Shown piece after piece: positions 38,830-52,484 of a DNA stretch of 64,000 bases. Source of the DNA: Curvularia clavata. Taxonomy: Eukaryota. Made by a program: the position numbers and the translations under genes. How positions within the stretch are numbered: position 1 is the first letter of the stretch; every line of letters starts with the position of its first letter. Where the stretch lies: the NCBI GenBank assembly GCA_023920165.1, contig CP089274.1:2170001-2234000 (forward strand), in the 5' to 3' direction. A model generated the notes under the pieces. The model had not been told where the DNA came from, searched no databases, and worked only from the letters and a program-made list of their open reading frames with translations.

Positions 38830-40282
38830 ATGAACATTCCCAACTCGTCGACCGCACCAGCTGCGGGAGAGTATGCTGGAGGTAAGTACAGCTGTTCAAA
38901 GCTTCACAGCGCGCGCATGCTAACCAAGACCTATAGATGAAGTCTCGGCGATTGTTCTTGACCCCGGCTACTCGACTGTGCGCGCAGGCTTCGCCGGTGA
39001 AGATGTTCCCAAATCTGTTTGCCCTTCCTTCTACGGCCAAACGTCGTCAGGCGAGCGCCTCTTCGGCGAGAACGCGATACATGCCCCAGTTGGCGGCCTG
39101 GAAATCAAGAATTACTGGGGTTCAGATGGCATAGTAGAGGACTGGGACACTGCGACCAAGCTGTGGGAGTATGCGATAACAAGCCGCCTCACAGGCGCAA
39201 AACCGACCGACCCCAAGAAGAATGGGCTGAATGACGGCAACGAAGAGAATGGAAACGGAGAGGCTATGGACGTGGACATGGAAGCGCTAGAGAATAATGA
39301 GAAGCCTCTCGAAGATAGTCCGCTACTCGTCACAGAACCGGGATGGAACAGCGCAAAAGCACGGGAAAAGTACATTGAGATTGCAATGGAGGAATGGGGA
39401 ACCCCAGCCTTCTTCCTACAAAAGACGGGTGTGTTGGCTGCTTTTGCGTCTGGCAAGGCCTCTGGAATCATCATCGATGTCGGCGCCTCTCACACGTCTG
39501 TCACACCTGTACTTGACGGCATGGTGCTAAGAAAGGGGGTTCAAAAGTCGCCTTTGGCTGGAAACTTTGTCTCGGACCAGATCCGACTGTCTTTCAAGCA
39601 AGCACAACCAGAGGTGCCTCTGATACCCCATTTCATGGTGAAGAGCAAGACACCAGTTGACGCGGGTGCACCTGCTCAAGCCACGTACAAGACGTTTTCC
39701 ACACCACCCACCGATTCATTCCGGTTGAACGAAGAAGAGCGCATCTTGACCTCGTTCAAGGAGTCGGTCGTAGAGGTGTGGCCCGGCCCAGGTCGCTTTA
39801 GCACTAACGAGGAGCTCGCGAAGAGCATGCCAGGCCGGCCCTTCGAGATGCCCGATGGCTGGAACCAAGTCTTTGGCGCCGAGAGGTTCCGTGCTGCTGA
39901 AGGTCTCTTCGACGCCCAAGCAGCCCTCACATCGGAGACGAACCCAGCGCCCAAGCCCGAACAAACGATTCCTAGACTGGTGCAAGCGGCTGTCCAGCAA
40001 GTCGATGCCGACCAGCGTCCCCTCTTGCTCTCCAACATTGTCGTCACGGGCGGCAGCACTTTGCTCTACAAGTTCAACGAGCGTCTCAACTACGAAATCA
40101 ACTCCATCTACCCGTCCACCCGCAACAAGCTTATTGCTCCTGGCAGCGTCGTGGAGCGCAAGTATGCGGCTTGGATTGGTGGCAGTATATTGGCTAGTTT
40201 GGGCAGTTTCCACCAGCTGTGGATCTCGAGGAAGGAGTACGAGGAGCATGGTGCGGGTATCATTGAGAAGAGGTGTCGGTAG
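38830..40282 (+). CDS. ARP4: Actin-related protein 4 (NuA4/SWR1/INO80); intron 38882-38936
   Basis: [61 protein letters not shown]. Confidence 0.92.
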
Positions 40283-40669
40283 CGGAATTACACACGGACG
40301 TTGGATCTGACCTATGGTTTTAGCAAGAGATGAACACATTGGTTTACGTGTCTTCAACGCAGGATGGACACTGTGTTAAATGGGTCTTTGAGATGTTTGC
40401 CTACTCATTTTTGGTGGGGTTGACTTGGTGTAATGTTAGTGAGGAATTGTCTAAAATGTAAACACTCGACTTGGGTTTTCGCAGTTCAAGAGAAAAGCAA
40501 AATAGCACACAGAGTACCTGTTCGGTTAGAAGCGAGATGGTTGTTCATCATGATCATATTGCCTTCTAGCTATCCAGTCCAGGGAGTCCATTCGACATCT
40601 CCTGTCGGTGTATAGTACATGTTCTTCATGTTCGTAACGCCATGTCGCGCATCACTTCAGACTCCCCTT

Positions 40670-41561
40670 CTACGAGTCTACCTCCATCGTCTCCGCTGTA
40701 GCGGTCACGTCGTCATCCTTGAGCTCGTGCACAGTAACGTACTTGCTAATCTCCTCCTTTTTGATGATCTTTTCGTTCAGCACGGCTGTGGTGCCGCGTT
40801 GGAACCTGTAGTTCCTCTGCTTGGGCTGCCTGGTGTTTGGTGTCTTGTAGTTCCTCATCAGTGTCGTCTTCTCCTCTGTGATGACCGCCACGTCCACGTT
40901 ACTACCGGATCCCAGATCGTTCCAGATACCAGCCTCGATGGCGTTAGAGCACAGAGTGACGGCCTCATCGCGCGTCAGGTGGGACTTCCACTGTGTCTCG
41001 AAAACAGACATGGCGGCCAGCGAACCGGATCCCATGGTGACATATGGCAGCTTGTCAGTGGAGCCGTGAGCGTGGACGGTGAAGAGGTGGGAGCCTGTTG
41101 GGTCGACGCCGGCGACAACGAGGTAGGCACCAATGTGACCCTGGTGGCGGAACAGATGCTGCTTCAGCATCGTCATGCAGGTGACAACGCGGGGCTTGCG
41201 ACCGGTGGAGAGGGCGTGGAGTTCGAGGTTCGACGAGATAATGGCGGTCGTGAACTCGGTGTCTGCGGCGGTACCAGCACCAGCACACCAGATCTGCGGG
41301 GCGATGTAGTGCAACTTCTCACAGTTCTGTTCAAGAAAGTGTTAGGGGTCTATTGTGATGGCGGTATCCATGGTGGGGAAAGCATGCCTTGTCTGCTACT
41401 ATGGGCCCGCTGGTCGCACGGGTATCTGCTGCAATCACCACGCCACCGTCGAAGAGACAGCCGACAATGGTGGTTCCCGTGCTTGTGGCCTTGGGTAGCG
41501 GAATACCCTGGGCATGGAGGGCCAGATTGCGGTTGTGGTTGGAGAAGTCGAAGCCGCCCAT
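40670..41561 (-). CDS. PUP1: 20S proteasome beta-2 subunit; exons 41561-41388, 41326-40670 (GC-AG intron)
   Basis: [12 protein letters not shown] propeptide, G/TTIVG catalytic Thr, [41 protein letters not shown]. Confidence 0.95.
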
Positions 41562-42154
41562 GATGTGTATGTGTGTGGGAAGACCGGTAGTGGCAGCGGG
41601 GGTTGATTGCGGGGCCGGGAAGCGAATCTGGGTGGCGGGTGTCCTAGGTAAGCACTTCTGGGAGTATCGGTTGTGATATTGTTCCCAAGATTATCTCTTT
41701 ATCGCTCTCTAGGCGGTCGGCGGCGGCGGCGATGATGGGGGGACTTGCGTAGCTCGTCGTGCCTGGTGGGTGGAGCTTGGACCGCTCTCTTGGCACGGCG
41801 ATCCACTGCCAGCAGACGCATACTAGCCCCGACTTTTCCTAGACAACAAAGCGCGTCTGGCAAAAGTGACGAGCTACTGGTTGCAGGCCTGCATGCTTGC
41901 TGATGCCGCAGCGCCAGGCTCTTTTTTGCGACATCACCGCCATTCCCGTACCCGTCTTTTGCTCTTCATTCACAACCGGTCCCAGTCTAAGTGCTGCTGG
42001 ACCTTTCTTTGTCCCCCCCAGAACCACACAGCCCGTGCACGCGCAAACGCGCTAGACATCCAATGCATTTATGAATAAGCTGCGAACTCCAACGCGCGAC
42101 ACCAAGCCGAGTCTCCTTCGCGCCAGAACCTGTTCGGCCTGCAAATCCTGCAGA

Positions 42155-45100
42155 ATGTCAAAAAGCCATGCGCCGGCGGTCGAGGTTGGGGCTGAGGTGC
42201 CTGTGGTGGAAACTGAGGTAGCTACAGCTGTGATCACGCACCCTCACCAAGAGACAGCAACTGACAGAATCTACAGCACCTGGGCTTCAAGGTCCTCAGC
42301 AATGGAAAGCAAGGCCCCAAGAGGGTCAAGCTTCTTCCCCAGCCATGGCCTAATGATAACCTTCCCTCCGCCTCCGCGAGCCTCCTCTCCGTTGCCTCCA
42401 AGCCTGGCCTCCTCGCAGCCGCCGGCCCTCATATACTCGTCATCGCATCCACAGACGCTGTGCGCAAAGCCTTCGAGAGCAAGACGATCGCCGACCAAAT
42501 CGATAATCCCGATGACCCACGAAACGAAGAACGCGATATCGACGTAGTATCTGACTTTACACCTGATGTCACCATCTCTACCGAAAACCTGCGCCACGTT
42601 GCCTTCTCTGCCGACGGAGACTTCCTCGTCGTTGCTGCAGAACAAAAGGGCTTGATTTCGATATACAACGTCAACGAAGTCGTCAGCAAGGGAAGAAAGG
42701 ATGCGGAACAAACTGTGCAGACCGATGCGCCCGTGCGCGCCCTTCTCCCAAATCCCGCCCCAGAATTCGAGCATTACTTCGCCATTGTCCTTGATTCTGG
42801 GAAGCTTCAGATATGCAATGTGGCAGACGGCGTCAAGAAGACGATTCGCGATACTGACGTTAACTGCGCTGCCTGGAGCACCCGCGGAAAGGCTGTAGTC
42901 TCTGGTTCAAACGACGGTACCTGCGCCATACACATGACTAATGGAGAACTCAAAGGCGTAATTCCCCGCGCACCAGATGTCGATGAGAGCTACGAAGTAA
43001 CTGGTGTAGCATGGCTGAACACTGATGAGTTCGTCGCTGTCTACTCGGTCAAGAATCAAGATCCGGAGAGCCCAGAACCCAAGAAGCTCAGTGTAATCAA
43101 GTCGACCAGAAACTGGGAATCCTTCACATATCATGCCTTTGCCTTCGACCCCCTGCTCGAGGCATTCGAACCTCCGCGACGAGCTCTCCCTGCCCGCTTC
43201 TCATCCATCCGACTACGGAACTGGAAACCTGATCTCGACGACATGCTCATCATCACCTCTTCGCACGCCGACTCCATTGCTATACTTGCTTCCACGAGCA
43301 ATAAGATATCTCCCGACCAACAGAACCTGAAGGAGCTCATGCTCGTCGAGGTCGAAGATACCAAGAAGGCTGCTGTACCGAAGACCGCATATGGAGAAGA
43401 CGAATTGGACAGCGTTTTCATAGGAGAAGCGCTTGATCTTTCAAGCAAGGAGAAGATTCTGCGACCAATCCCAAGTCTGGAAGAGATCAATGAGGCCCCA
43501 TGGCCATTGCCAGCTTACATGGGTCTTACTCACGAAGGCCTTCTTACAGCTTGGTGGGTGGTGTGGAACCGGTCAATCGAGGCCGGCGAACGCTATCCAG
43601 GTCTCATCTTCAAGAGTGAATCTACACAACGAGAACCAACTTCTACTCCCAGGGCTCATACTCCGGCGTCAAAACTTCCCATTGCTACTTCTACACCTTT
43701 TGGGCAGCCCAGTACACCTGGTTCACATCCACCTTTTGGTAGATCGGCAACCACACCTGGAACCCCTGGTATTCCTCACTTCGGCAATGCAGGCCACAAT
43801 TCACCATCCCCTGCATTGATGAGACCCACACCCCCGGGCTTCGGGACCCCCGGATTTGGAACCTCCTCGCCTTCAAATCTGCCTACACCTACCTTGAGCA
43901 AGCCTCCTCCACCTGCATTTGGTGCACCGTCTGCAGTGGGTGCTGGTGCCAAGACAGCTTTCGGCGCACCATCTGCCATCGGTGCGGCTGGCGGCTCCGG
44001 ATTTGGTGCAGTGGGTAGCATGGGCAACAAGTCGTCCTTGTGGGGAGCCCCTGCCCAAAATTCTGACGCCAAGGCCAATCCCTTCTCTGCTGCTTCGGGA
44101 ACCTCTTCTGGATTCGCCAAATTTGGACAGAATGCAGGAACGTCGAGCTTCTCCAGCTTTGGAAGCACTGGTTCTGCCCAGGCGGGTTCAGGATTTGCAG
44201 CACTCGGCCAGCAAAAGTCGGGTTTCGCTAATCTCAAGAGTGAACCCAGCTTTGGCTCGACAGTCACTATAGGCTCTGGCACAGGATCGTCTCTGCCTTC
44301 TTGGGGCAATACACCCTCGCAGCAGAGCAGTTCGATCTTCGGACAGCAGAACAAGTCGTCTTTCAACACGGCCTCATTCGAGTCGAAGACGTCTGATATG
44401 AGTGATACAAATGACGCACAAGGGCGGAAGAGGGATGAGGCTACACCAACCCCCCAGGCCCCAGCATCACAAGGCCTATTCGGACTTGCTGGTGGTTTCA
44501 AGCTCGGTACTACCTTTACCCCTGACGGTACTGCGAAGGACGACCCGGCGAAGCCTGCAGCGCCTGCAAACGGCTCATTCTTTGGTAGCGACTTTGCCAA
44601 CACACTTGGGGGTACGGGCATCAAGCCTCCCGCTACGCCTGCAGCTCAGCCTCCGCAATACGTTTCTACAACACCTGCATCGCCACCAAAGCAGAAGCTG
44701 TTTCCAAGTGATACTCCTGCCAAGGATAGTGCAACCCCCAAGGCGGCGCCTCCTGTGCAAGAGCCAGCTACTCCTATAGATGACGCTCCTCTACCACCGG
44801 ATTTTACCAAGTCAAAGCCATCCAAGATCGAGGACGCGCCGTTACCACCTGACTTCATCAACACCAAGCTCCCGCAGTCAAACGGTGATGATTTGCCTCC
44901 TCTTGCGGGTAGTCCAGGCGTTGAAGTTGAAGCTCCCAGCTCTTCGGTCGAAGCATCCCCTATTGATAAAGAGGCAGCAGACGAGGATGACTACTCTGAA
45001 GAAGAGGACGATGACGATGACGAGGAGCCTGATGACACCTATCCGCCAAACAACGCCTCAAAATCGTTCCAACCGAAACTTGGTAATCAATCAAGCTTCT

Positions 45101-46650
45101 TCCCCCCTGCGCCAAGTCCCCCCGTTGTGAAGTCTGGAGGCACTTCTCAGTCTGGACGAAGCGCGTCCCCGGCTCAGCCTTCTTTGTTTGGTCAGCCTTC
45201 CAAGCCTGCTGGTAATCAGCCATCGTTTGGAGGTCCTTCTTTGTTTGGCCAGCAATCAACCAAAGCTCCCTTTGGCAGCAGGCCTAGTTCATCCGCGTCT
45301 GGGAAGCCAAATTTCCCACCTCCCACCAACCGCGCCCAAAATCTTCGTTCGCCAAGTCCAATGCGTCCCAGCTCGTCGTCTCGAATTCAACGTGAACCTC
45401 TGGTTGCACCTGGGGCTTCATTGAGCTCTTCTATTCAAGGATCCAAGCCACCGACCCCCCAACCGCAATTTGCTGATTTGGAAGATGAGGAAGACGAGAA
45501 GATGCGCGCCCAGCTTGCACAACCTATCGAACCTAGCCGGAACCTTGAGGAATTTGTTGCGTATCAGAATTATGCTGGCGGCAAATCGCCTAACAAGACT
45601 GGTCATGCTGCTCAGATCGAATTGATGTACAAGGACATCAATGGCATGGTGGATGCTCTGGGATGGAACATGAGGTCCATCAAGTCCTTTACTGAATATC
45701 ACCAGAAGCCCCAGCCTAATCACCGAGTCGATCGAGGCATGCTGGAAGACATTCTATCTCAGGGACAAGACGGGTCGTGGTTCGAGCAGTTCTCGCTGTG
45801 TGAGATACAGGCATTGAGGTCCCTTGAGGAAGATCTGGAGCAAGAACTTGATGCTGGTCGAGTACAGGACGTGCTCGATAAGTTGGCACAGCTTGCCCGC
45901 CTCCTTCACGAGAAGGCTAAACTGATGACTCGTCTCAACGACATTCGCCGCCAGATCATAAATCGCAAAGATCCTGAAAGGGTTGAGGCACTTCGCAAAG
46001 CGCCTTTGCCAAAGGAGCTTGCGGACGGCCAGAAGAGCCTGCGCAACGACTATGCTCAGCTGCTTACATCTCTGCGCAAGGCTGAAGATGCAGTTCATGT
46101 CCTTCGCTCTCGCGTAGCTAACCACAATGCTCAGAGTGGTAGCACCAAGGCTGTGCCTTCTATGGAACAGGTCAGGAAGACCATCTTGAGGCTGGCTAAT
46201 ATGGCGGAACAGAAGAATAACGAAATTCTGGTTCTCGAGGCCCAGATGCGTAAGATGGGTCTTGCCGAGCCCAGCCGTCGATCATCTACCTCCTCCCGTA
46301 ACACTGGCACACCACGACAATCTCTCGGGACCAGTCTCCGGCACAGCATCTCCGATACACCATATGCGACGCCCCCTATCGGCCACAAGAAGCTCACTTT
46401 GGCCGATTTGAATCGTCGCGCTCTCACACCTGAGGTTGAGAACACGCCAACTCCTAGCAAGGGCTACGGCCTGTTCTACACACCGGAGGGTAGCACCACG
46501 GCCGGCGGAAAGGATATTGCTCATCTATCCGATCTCGTTGACGAGAACATGGACACATTGAGGGAAACGGCTAGAAAGAGGAAGCAAGTTGCCAAAGATC
46601 TGCGAAGTGTGCTTTTGGATCGAGGAGTCAAGGCCACCAAAGTGAATTAG
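42155..46650 (+). CDS. NUP159: FG nucleoporin Nup159/Nup214; exons 42155-42217, 42277-46650
   Basis: N-terminal beta-propeller-like region, central FG/SLFG repeats, DAPLPPDF repeats, C-terminal coiled coil; 1396-aa ORF. Confidence 0.88.
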
Positions 46651-47295
46651 AGCAGAAGAGCATGGAAGATGAATTTCCAAAGTCAAGACTGGTATTTTTG
46701 GAATTATGAATTTTGTGTATGATTAAGCGTTCTCGTGATATATTGTGGAGGTTTCTTTTTGACAGCGATTGCATGGAACAGGGATTTGAGTTGGAGAAAC
46801 CAAAAAATTAATTCACAAAGGCTTCACCATAGCGAGGGCGCGATTGGCTTCAACAATTGGAGAAGTGATTGTTGTATTATTAATGCTTGCGCTAAATTCT
46901 TATGGTTGAGGGGCGTCATGAGTAAGTATGATTATTCGTTGGGCTGGTGTGCACTTCGTTCCACAGTCTTAAAACAAGACGTATAAGATGATGTGAATTG
47001 CTCCCAATGACGGAAGAAAGTGTGCTATATGTCAACGTGGCACCGCTGAGTTGTTGGGCGTTCTAGTTGCACATGCCGATATATCAGATATCACGTACCC
47101 TTGTGTTATATGGAAGGCGGGGTCGACACTCTTTTCGGCGATGATGCGAACGCATGCCTAGAAAATAGTGATCATTATTGCTGTCTGTTCAAATACACAC
47201 ACGACGTGCCCCATCGCACATACACCAAATCATTTCCCATAACGACTGTGCCCATATCATCCCATCCTCATATCGCTCGTCACTGAACTCCCAAG

Positions 47296-48048
47296 ATGTC
47301 TGACACCACAACTGAAGTTGTCTACTTGCTACTGAAATCCGGTCTTGATATTTCAGCTGGAGAAAAGAAAATACAATGGGAAGACGGCCTTAGTACCATC
47401 ATGAAACAGCCTGGTGCAAAAAGAGTGCTTTGGGGAAGACAGATTGAAGACCCGGATACGGTGCAGATGATTATTGGTATGTGTATTGTCATGGTCGTAC
47501 ACGAGAAAGGTTGGTCCTTGCTCTGCCATCTACCACACTAACAGGACATAATAGACTGGGACTCACTCGAATCCCACCAAGCATTCACGCAGAGTCCATC
47601 CTACAAACCTTTCATCGAAAAAATCAGTGAACACTTTCTGGCCGGCCCACCAAACTACTTCCACGTCAAGTTTCCCGCTGCACAAATCGCAAAGGGCGAT
47701 CCTTTTACAGCCCCAGTGTCAGAATGTTTTTCTGCGTTCTTCGAACCGGACTATGATACCTCGAAGTATGACACCCAATTCTTTGGTTTCCAGGAGGTGA
47801 TGGGGCAGATCGAGAATGTGGGTTCCGAGGGGATAGCCGGTGGGTGGAGTATTGAAAAGCAGGGGCATGAGGCGTTGGGGGAGGGAGTGCAGGGTCAGTT
47901 GTTCGTCCTATTTAGGGGGTGGGAGAGTTTGGCGGCTCATACGAAGTTTGTCGAGTCGGAGCATATTCATAAGGTGGTTCCGTATCTGTATGAAGGGCCA
48001 GTGGCGAAGAATGTGAGGCATATAGAGTTTAAGGAGTATAAGAAGTGA
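47296..48048 (+). CDS. Dimeric alpha-beta barrel (ABM-like) protein with two lobes; intron 47477-47554
   Basis: QPGAKRVLWGRQIEDP, IDWDSLESHQAF in lobe 1 and GWESLAAHTKF in lobe 2; the intron joins ORFs 47296 and 47716 in frame. Confidence 0.8.
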
Positions 48049-48675
48049 ATATTGTAGTTGTCGCAGTACATCTATCGAAATTTCTGGTAGGGAGTTTAAG
48101 GCGAGGCTTTGGCTCCAATAGTAGTGTAAAGGCTGGAAAATGCCCTATATTGGCTTTCAAGGATGTTTTTCCGTCCCAGCATCTTGGCAAACGGGTGAAG
48201 TGTCTCCCAGTGGTATACTCGAATGATAATATGGCATTTCCTACGCCCTAATTCAGCACCTTGGTTCATATGACACCTCTTTGACTTCTGTTTTCGGCCC
48301 CATTTAGGCTGAACTAGGGCCTTCTTCTCCCTTTCTTCATGCTTCGAGATTCTTTGATGGTCATAGAAACACCTGTCCAATCGTCGGAGAAGTTGTATAT
48401 GAATCTGCAGCAGTGTCTGCAAGTAACAAGAGCATGTGGAAGATACAATGATATGGCTGCGATTAGAGATGTTCCAACAGATGATGTACTCCGCAAAGTT
48501 GGCCTCGGTGTGGTGCGTTCAACATGCTGCCTGGTGACGCAGTGGTGAATTGAAGAAAGACCCGGAGCAGAGATTTTGCAGAAGCAATGCAGAATGACCC
48601 AGTGAAGCCATAAGAGAATCCCAAAGCATTTACAGTGGATTAGAATTGATCGCTCGACGGAGAAAATGCAGTCGC

Positions 48676-49268
48676 TCACGACATGCCCTTTGGCGGGAAA
48701 CTCGACTCGCGCTTATAGCCTTCTTTTGAGATTCTGCAGAATTTAAGCGTGGCCAGTTGAGCCCATGTGCCATTCCACTCCTTCAGCTTGGTCAAATTGG
48801 CCGCATCTTCGAGATCCGGTACCCAAAAGCCAGCAGCGTACTCGTCCTGCTCTGTTTTTTGGCTGGTTTCAAGCAGATTTTGGCGGGTGCTAGGTGGCCT
48901 TCCTGGACGGCGTTCTGCTTTAAGTTTCGCCAACTCTTCGTCATCTCGGCCTAGATAGTCTTCAATCATGGCCTGGATTTCGGCCACGCTGAGTGGTGAT
49001 TCATGTTCTGTCGTATATGACTGAAAAGATTTTATGCGCGACACTGCCGCATGTCAGCTATTCGTAGACTCATGTTATTTCACGAAGTATGCATACGATA
49101 TGTGCGATTCTGGTTTTCTCGGATTTTGCTAAGGCGATTGAGCTTATTATCTCTTTGCGCTGCGCTTTGTAGTCGCTTTGTATCCCGGCTGCCTTCGTGC
49201 AAGTTTGGGTTCTTGCCCTTCTTCTTGGCGATCTGCTTGTGTACCTTGTCGAGGCGATTGCTGACCAT
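48676..49268 (-). CDS. TMA16: Translation machinery-associated protein 16; intron 49096-49044
   Basis: LHEGSRDTKRL, YLGRDDEELAKLKAERRPGRPPSTRQ, EYAAGFWVPDL, WNG. Confidence 0.88.
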
Positions 49269-49578
49269 TTTGACTCTTTGTTGTCTTCTCAGTACTGTTG
49301 GTGATTGAGGCAAGAAATTTTGCATAACCCGTCGGCAGTCGGCGTTGGTAGTCGCGCCAGTGCACTGACTTTGGTTAGCGCGTTCTTAGCGGGGCGCGTT
49401 CCTGCCATGGGCGTGTACCCGCGACGAAGTACTCCACTACCGTATTTAGATTGTGACGGCTCTTTCCTTCCCCTCTCTTGTTCACCGGTTCTGAGAGAGC
49501 TTCTCTTCTGCTACACTCTAGAGACGCAATACCAGCATGTTGCTATAGTGTTCGTATTGTAGCCATTGTCTAGGCCCG

Positions 49579-49584
49579 ACGCGT
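49579..49584. promoter_or_regulatory. MCB-like element ACGCGT 20 bp upstream of the EXO1 ATG
   Basis: Exact ACGCGT, with further CGCG cores at ~49353, 49379, 49395 and 49420 in the shared TMA16/EXO1 intergenic region. Confidence 0.35.
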
Positions 49585-49603
49585 GAGCGGCAAAGGGCCC
49601 ACA

Positions 49604-51877
49604 ATGGGCATCTCAGGTCAGCACACCCAATAGTAGGATGTACATTGCTAATAGAGAAACAGGACTTCTTCCGCTATTAAAGTCGGTTCAGAAACCATGC
49701 AGCCTCAAAAAATACGAGGGTCAGACTATTGGCGTGGATACATACGGTTGGCTGCACCGTGCAACTGCTGCCTGCGCCATTGATCTGGCCCTAGAGAAGC
49801 CCACCACCAAGTATGCCGCTACATGTCCAGTGAGCGAGAATAATGCTCACGCTTTGCTAGATATGTCGACTTTGTCATGCATCGTGTTCGTATGCTCATC
49901 CACTTTGGCGTAACCCCTTACCTAGTATTCGATGGCGACAACCTACCCAGCAAGGCGGGCACGGAGAAGGGCAGACGGGAAAGAAGGAAAGAAAGCAAGA
50001 GGCTGGGATTGGAACTATTAAAAGTGGGAAAGGTGGCTCAAGCCCAACAAGAATTGCAGAAGAGTGTGGATGTGACACCGGAAATGGCGCGAATGGTCAT
50101 CGAAGAGCTGAAGCGGAACAACATCCAATATGTTGTCGCGCCGTATGAAGCTGATTCTCAGCTGGCATACCTCGAACGCAAAGGAATCATCAGCGGTGTT
50201 CTATCAGAGGACTCGGATCTGCTCGTCTTCGGCGTCAAGTGTCTGATCACGAAGTTAGACAAGTACGGAGAGTGTATTGAGGTCAATCGGAATCACTTTA
50301 CCGCTTGCAGGGAGGTCAGCTTCGTCGGCTGGTCCGATGCCGACTTTCGAAGAATGGCCATATTGAGCGGTTGCGACTATCTTCCAGGCATCGGCGGCCT
50401 CGGTCTGAAGACTGCTCATCGAATGTTGCGCAAACACAAGACTGTAGACCGGCTTGTCAAAGCCGCGCAGTTCGATGGGAAACTCAAAGTGCCCGCTGGT
50501 TTCATGGAATCATTCGACCAGGCAGAAAAGACATTCCTCTACCAATGGGTTTACTGCCCGATCGCAGAGAAGCTTGTTAACCTAACACCACTCGATGACG
50601 GGGTAGACATTGCCGATATGCCATATATTGGCGAAGAGGTTCCGCCACACCTCGCCACGGGTGTTGCACGAGGCGACCTGTATCCACGTTCGAAGCTTCC
50701 CATGGATATTGCCAGCAACACCAAGCCTAGTACTCAGCCGCTAGCCCCCTCACGACGAGCCTCAACAGTTGTACAAACACCTAATCCAAAGGACACGAAG
50801 CCGATCGACTCGTTCTTCAAGCCCAAACGGACTCCCTTGGCTGAACTGAGCCCGAATTGCTTCACTCCTTCACCCAGTCAACAGGTCTTGCTTGAGCAGC
50901 AACGAAACAGTAGTGGCTGGGCCGCAGTACCAGCACCTGTTTCTCGCTTGCAGCAACAGTACCCACCGCCCCCCAGCACAGCACCACAGCCTAGACGTGC
51001 AACGACAAATCCCGTTGCTGGTCAGCGATCAGTCCCCCATCCGTCTAAGAGGGCTCGACTTTGTTCCAATTCTGAGCTCGAAACCTCTTCCGCAGGTGAC
51101 GATGGCGTTGTGCGAAGCCAGTTCTTCACATCATCCACTCCAGAGCCAAGTCCGACGTTGCATCGGAGAAAGAAGAGCAGAAGGAAAACTGACCAGAGTC
51201 TTCAACTATGTTCAGACGACTCGATAGAAGAGGGAGCGGTCGAAGCTGCTGATCTAGAGCAGACTGCATCTCAGTCTAGGAACAAGTTGCGAGTTTTTAG
51301 TGACGTGCACTCCAGCATAAGGAGCGACTCGCAGTCCACGGTGTTCTCAGGGGGTATCACTGCTCAGTCTCAAGAGACAATCGGTACGCTCACACCGGCA
51401 TCATCTCACGGCAGTCCAGAGCCTGAGTCTGTCTTTAGCGCCGCAGTTTCCTCTCAGCTCAGCGATCTGCGGTCAAAATTTGCCTACAAGGTTCCAGCCG
51501 CTCCTTCAATGACAAAGTCTGCATTGCAGGTCACAAAAACACGTTCAGAAAGACGATGCTTTAAGGCAAGGCAGCCTGCATCACCAATGCCTGATTCAAC
51601 CTCGACGTCGCTTTCTGAGACACACGTGGAATCAATTCTTCCTGGCACCCCGCCTCCAGTAGATGGATCAGTGGACCTCGCTGACTCTGCTTGGGTGGCC
51701 ATGGAAGCAGAGGTTGTTGTAGCTGCAAGCTCACCGCCCCCTATAACACCCGCAAAGAGGAGGCGATCGTCATTGAAAGGAAGTGAAGATTTGCTCGTAC
51801 CGGACAGCGACGTGGAGAGCATATGCTCCCCTCGTAAGCCAATGTTTAACCTCGCCCGTTTTGCATTTGCTGGATAG
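49604..51877 (+). CDS. EXO1: Exonuclease 1 (XPG/RAD2 family); introns 49617-49662, 49811-49860
   Basis: MGISGLLPLLKS, GVDTYGWLHR, PYLVFDG, VAPYEADSQL, SEDSDLLVFG, ILSGCDYL, GLGLKTA; SQFF motif in the tail. Confidence 0.95.
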
Positions 51878-52484
51878 CCTTTTACCCATTTCAAAGTCTT
51901 GTAGCATTATTACGAAGAGCGTATGATTCGCAGTTTGGCGTTGTGGTAGTTTGGCGTCACCTAGGCAGTTGCAAGGCCACATAAAAGGGATCATGGGGGA
52001 ACAGGCACATCACTTATCATGACATGTATCTCCGTCTTGTAGCATACTCCTAATACCTATTTGTTCCTGTATCACGAGGCGTGTTTCTTCGCTGTGCAAA
52101 CTGGGCACATCCGAGACCCCATCGCTAACAAACAAGGAAAAAACAGCAAAATGGTCATCGTCCCCGGGGGTACTTCCGAGCAATGTTAGTGGAAACAAAG
52201 CCTCCCTATCCGAGCCTTGTTTGCTTCATTCCGGGACGCTGTCTTTTGCCTCTGTGGCTTTGTTCACAATATCAAACGAAACCCGGTCATGAACTTAGCA
52301 CAATGTATTTAGATCGCTGTTCACACAGTGGAAAGACATGTAAATTCACAAAGTTATTGAGCCATCTAACTATTTATTCAGCGAAAACAATCCTTTCGTT
52401 ACGATCATTCGATACAACCCTTTCAGTCACATAGCAACCCTGAACTCAGCTGGTTTACGTCACAGACGCATTGTTATTCGCAAG

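Noticed and set aside
40619..41563. 314-aa ORF antisense to PUP1
   Set aside because: Shadow of a codon-biased gene with no protein features; the same applies to antisense ORFs over ARP4, NUP159 and RSC1.
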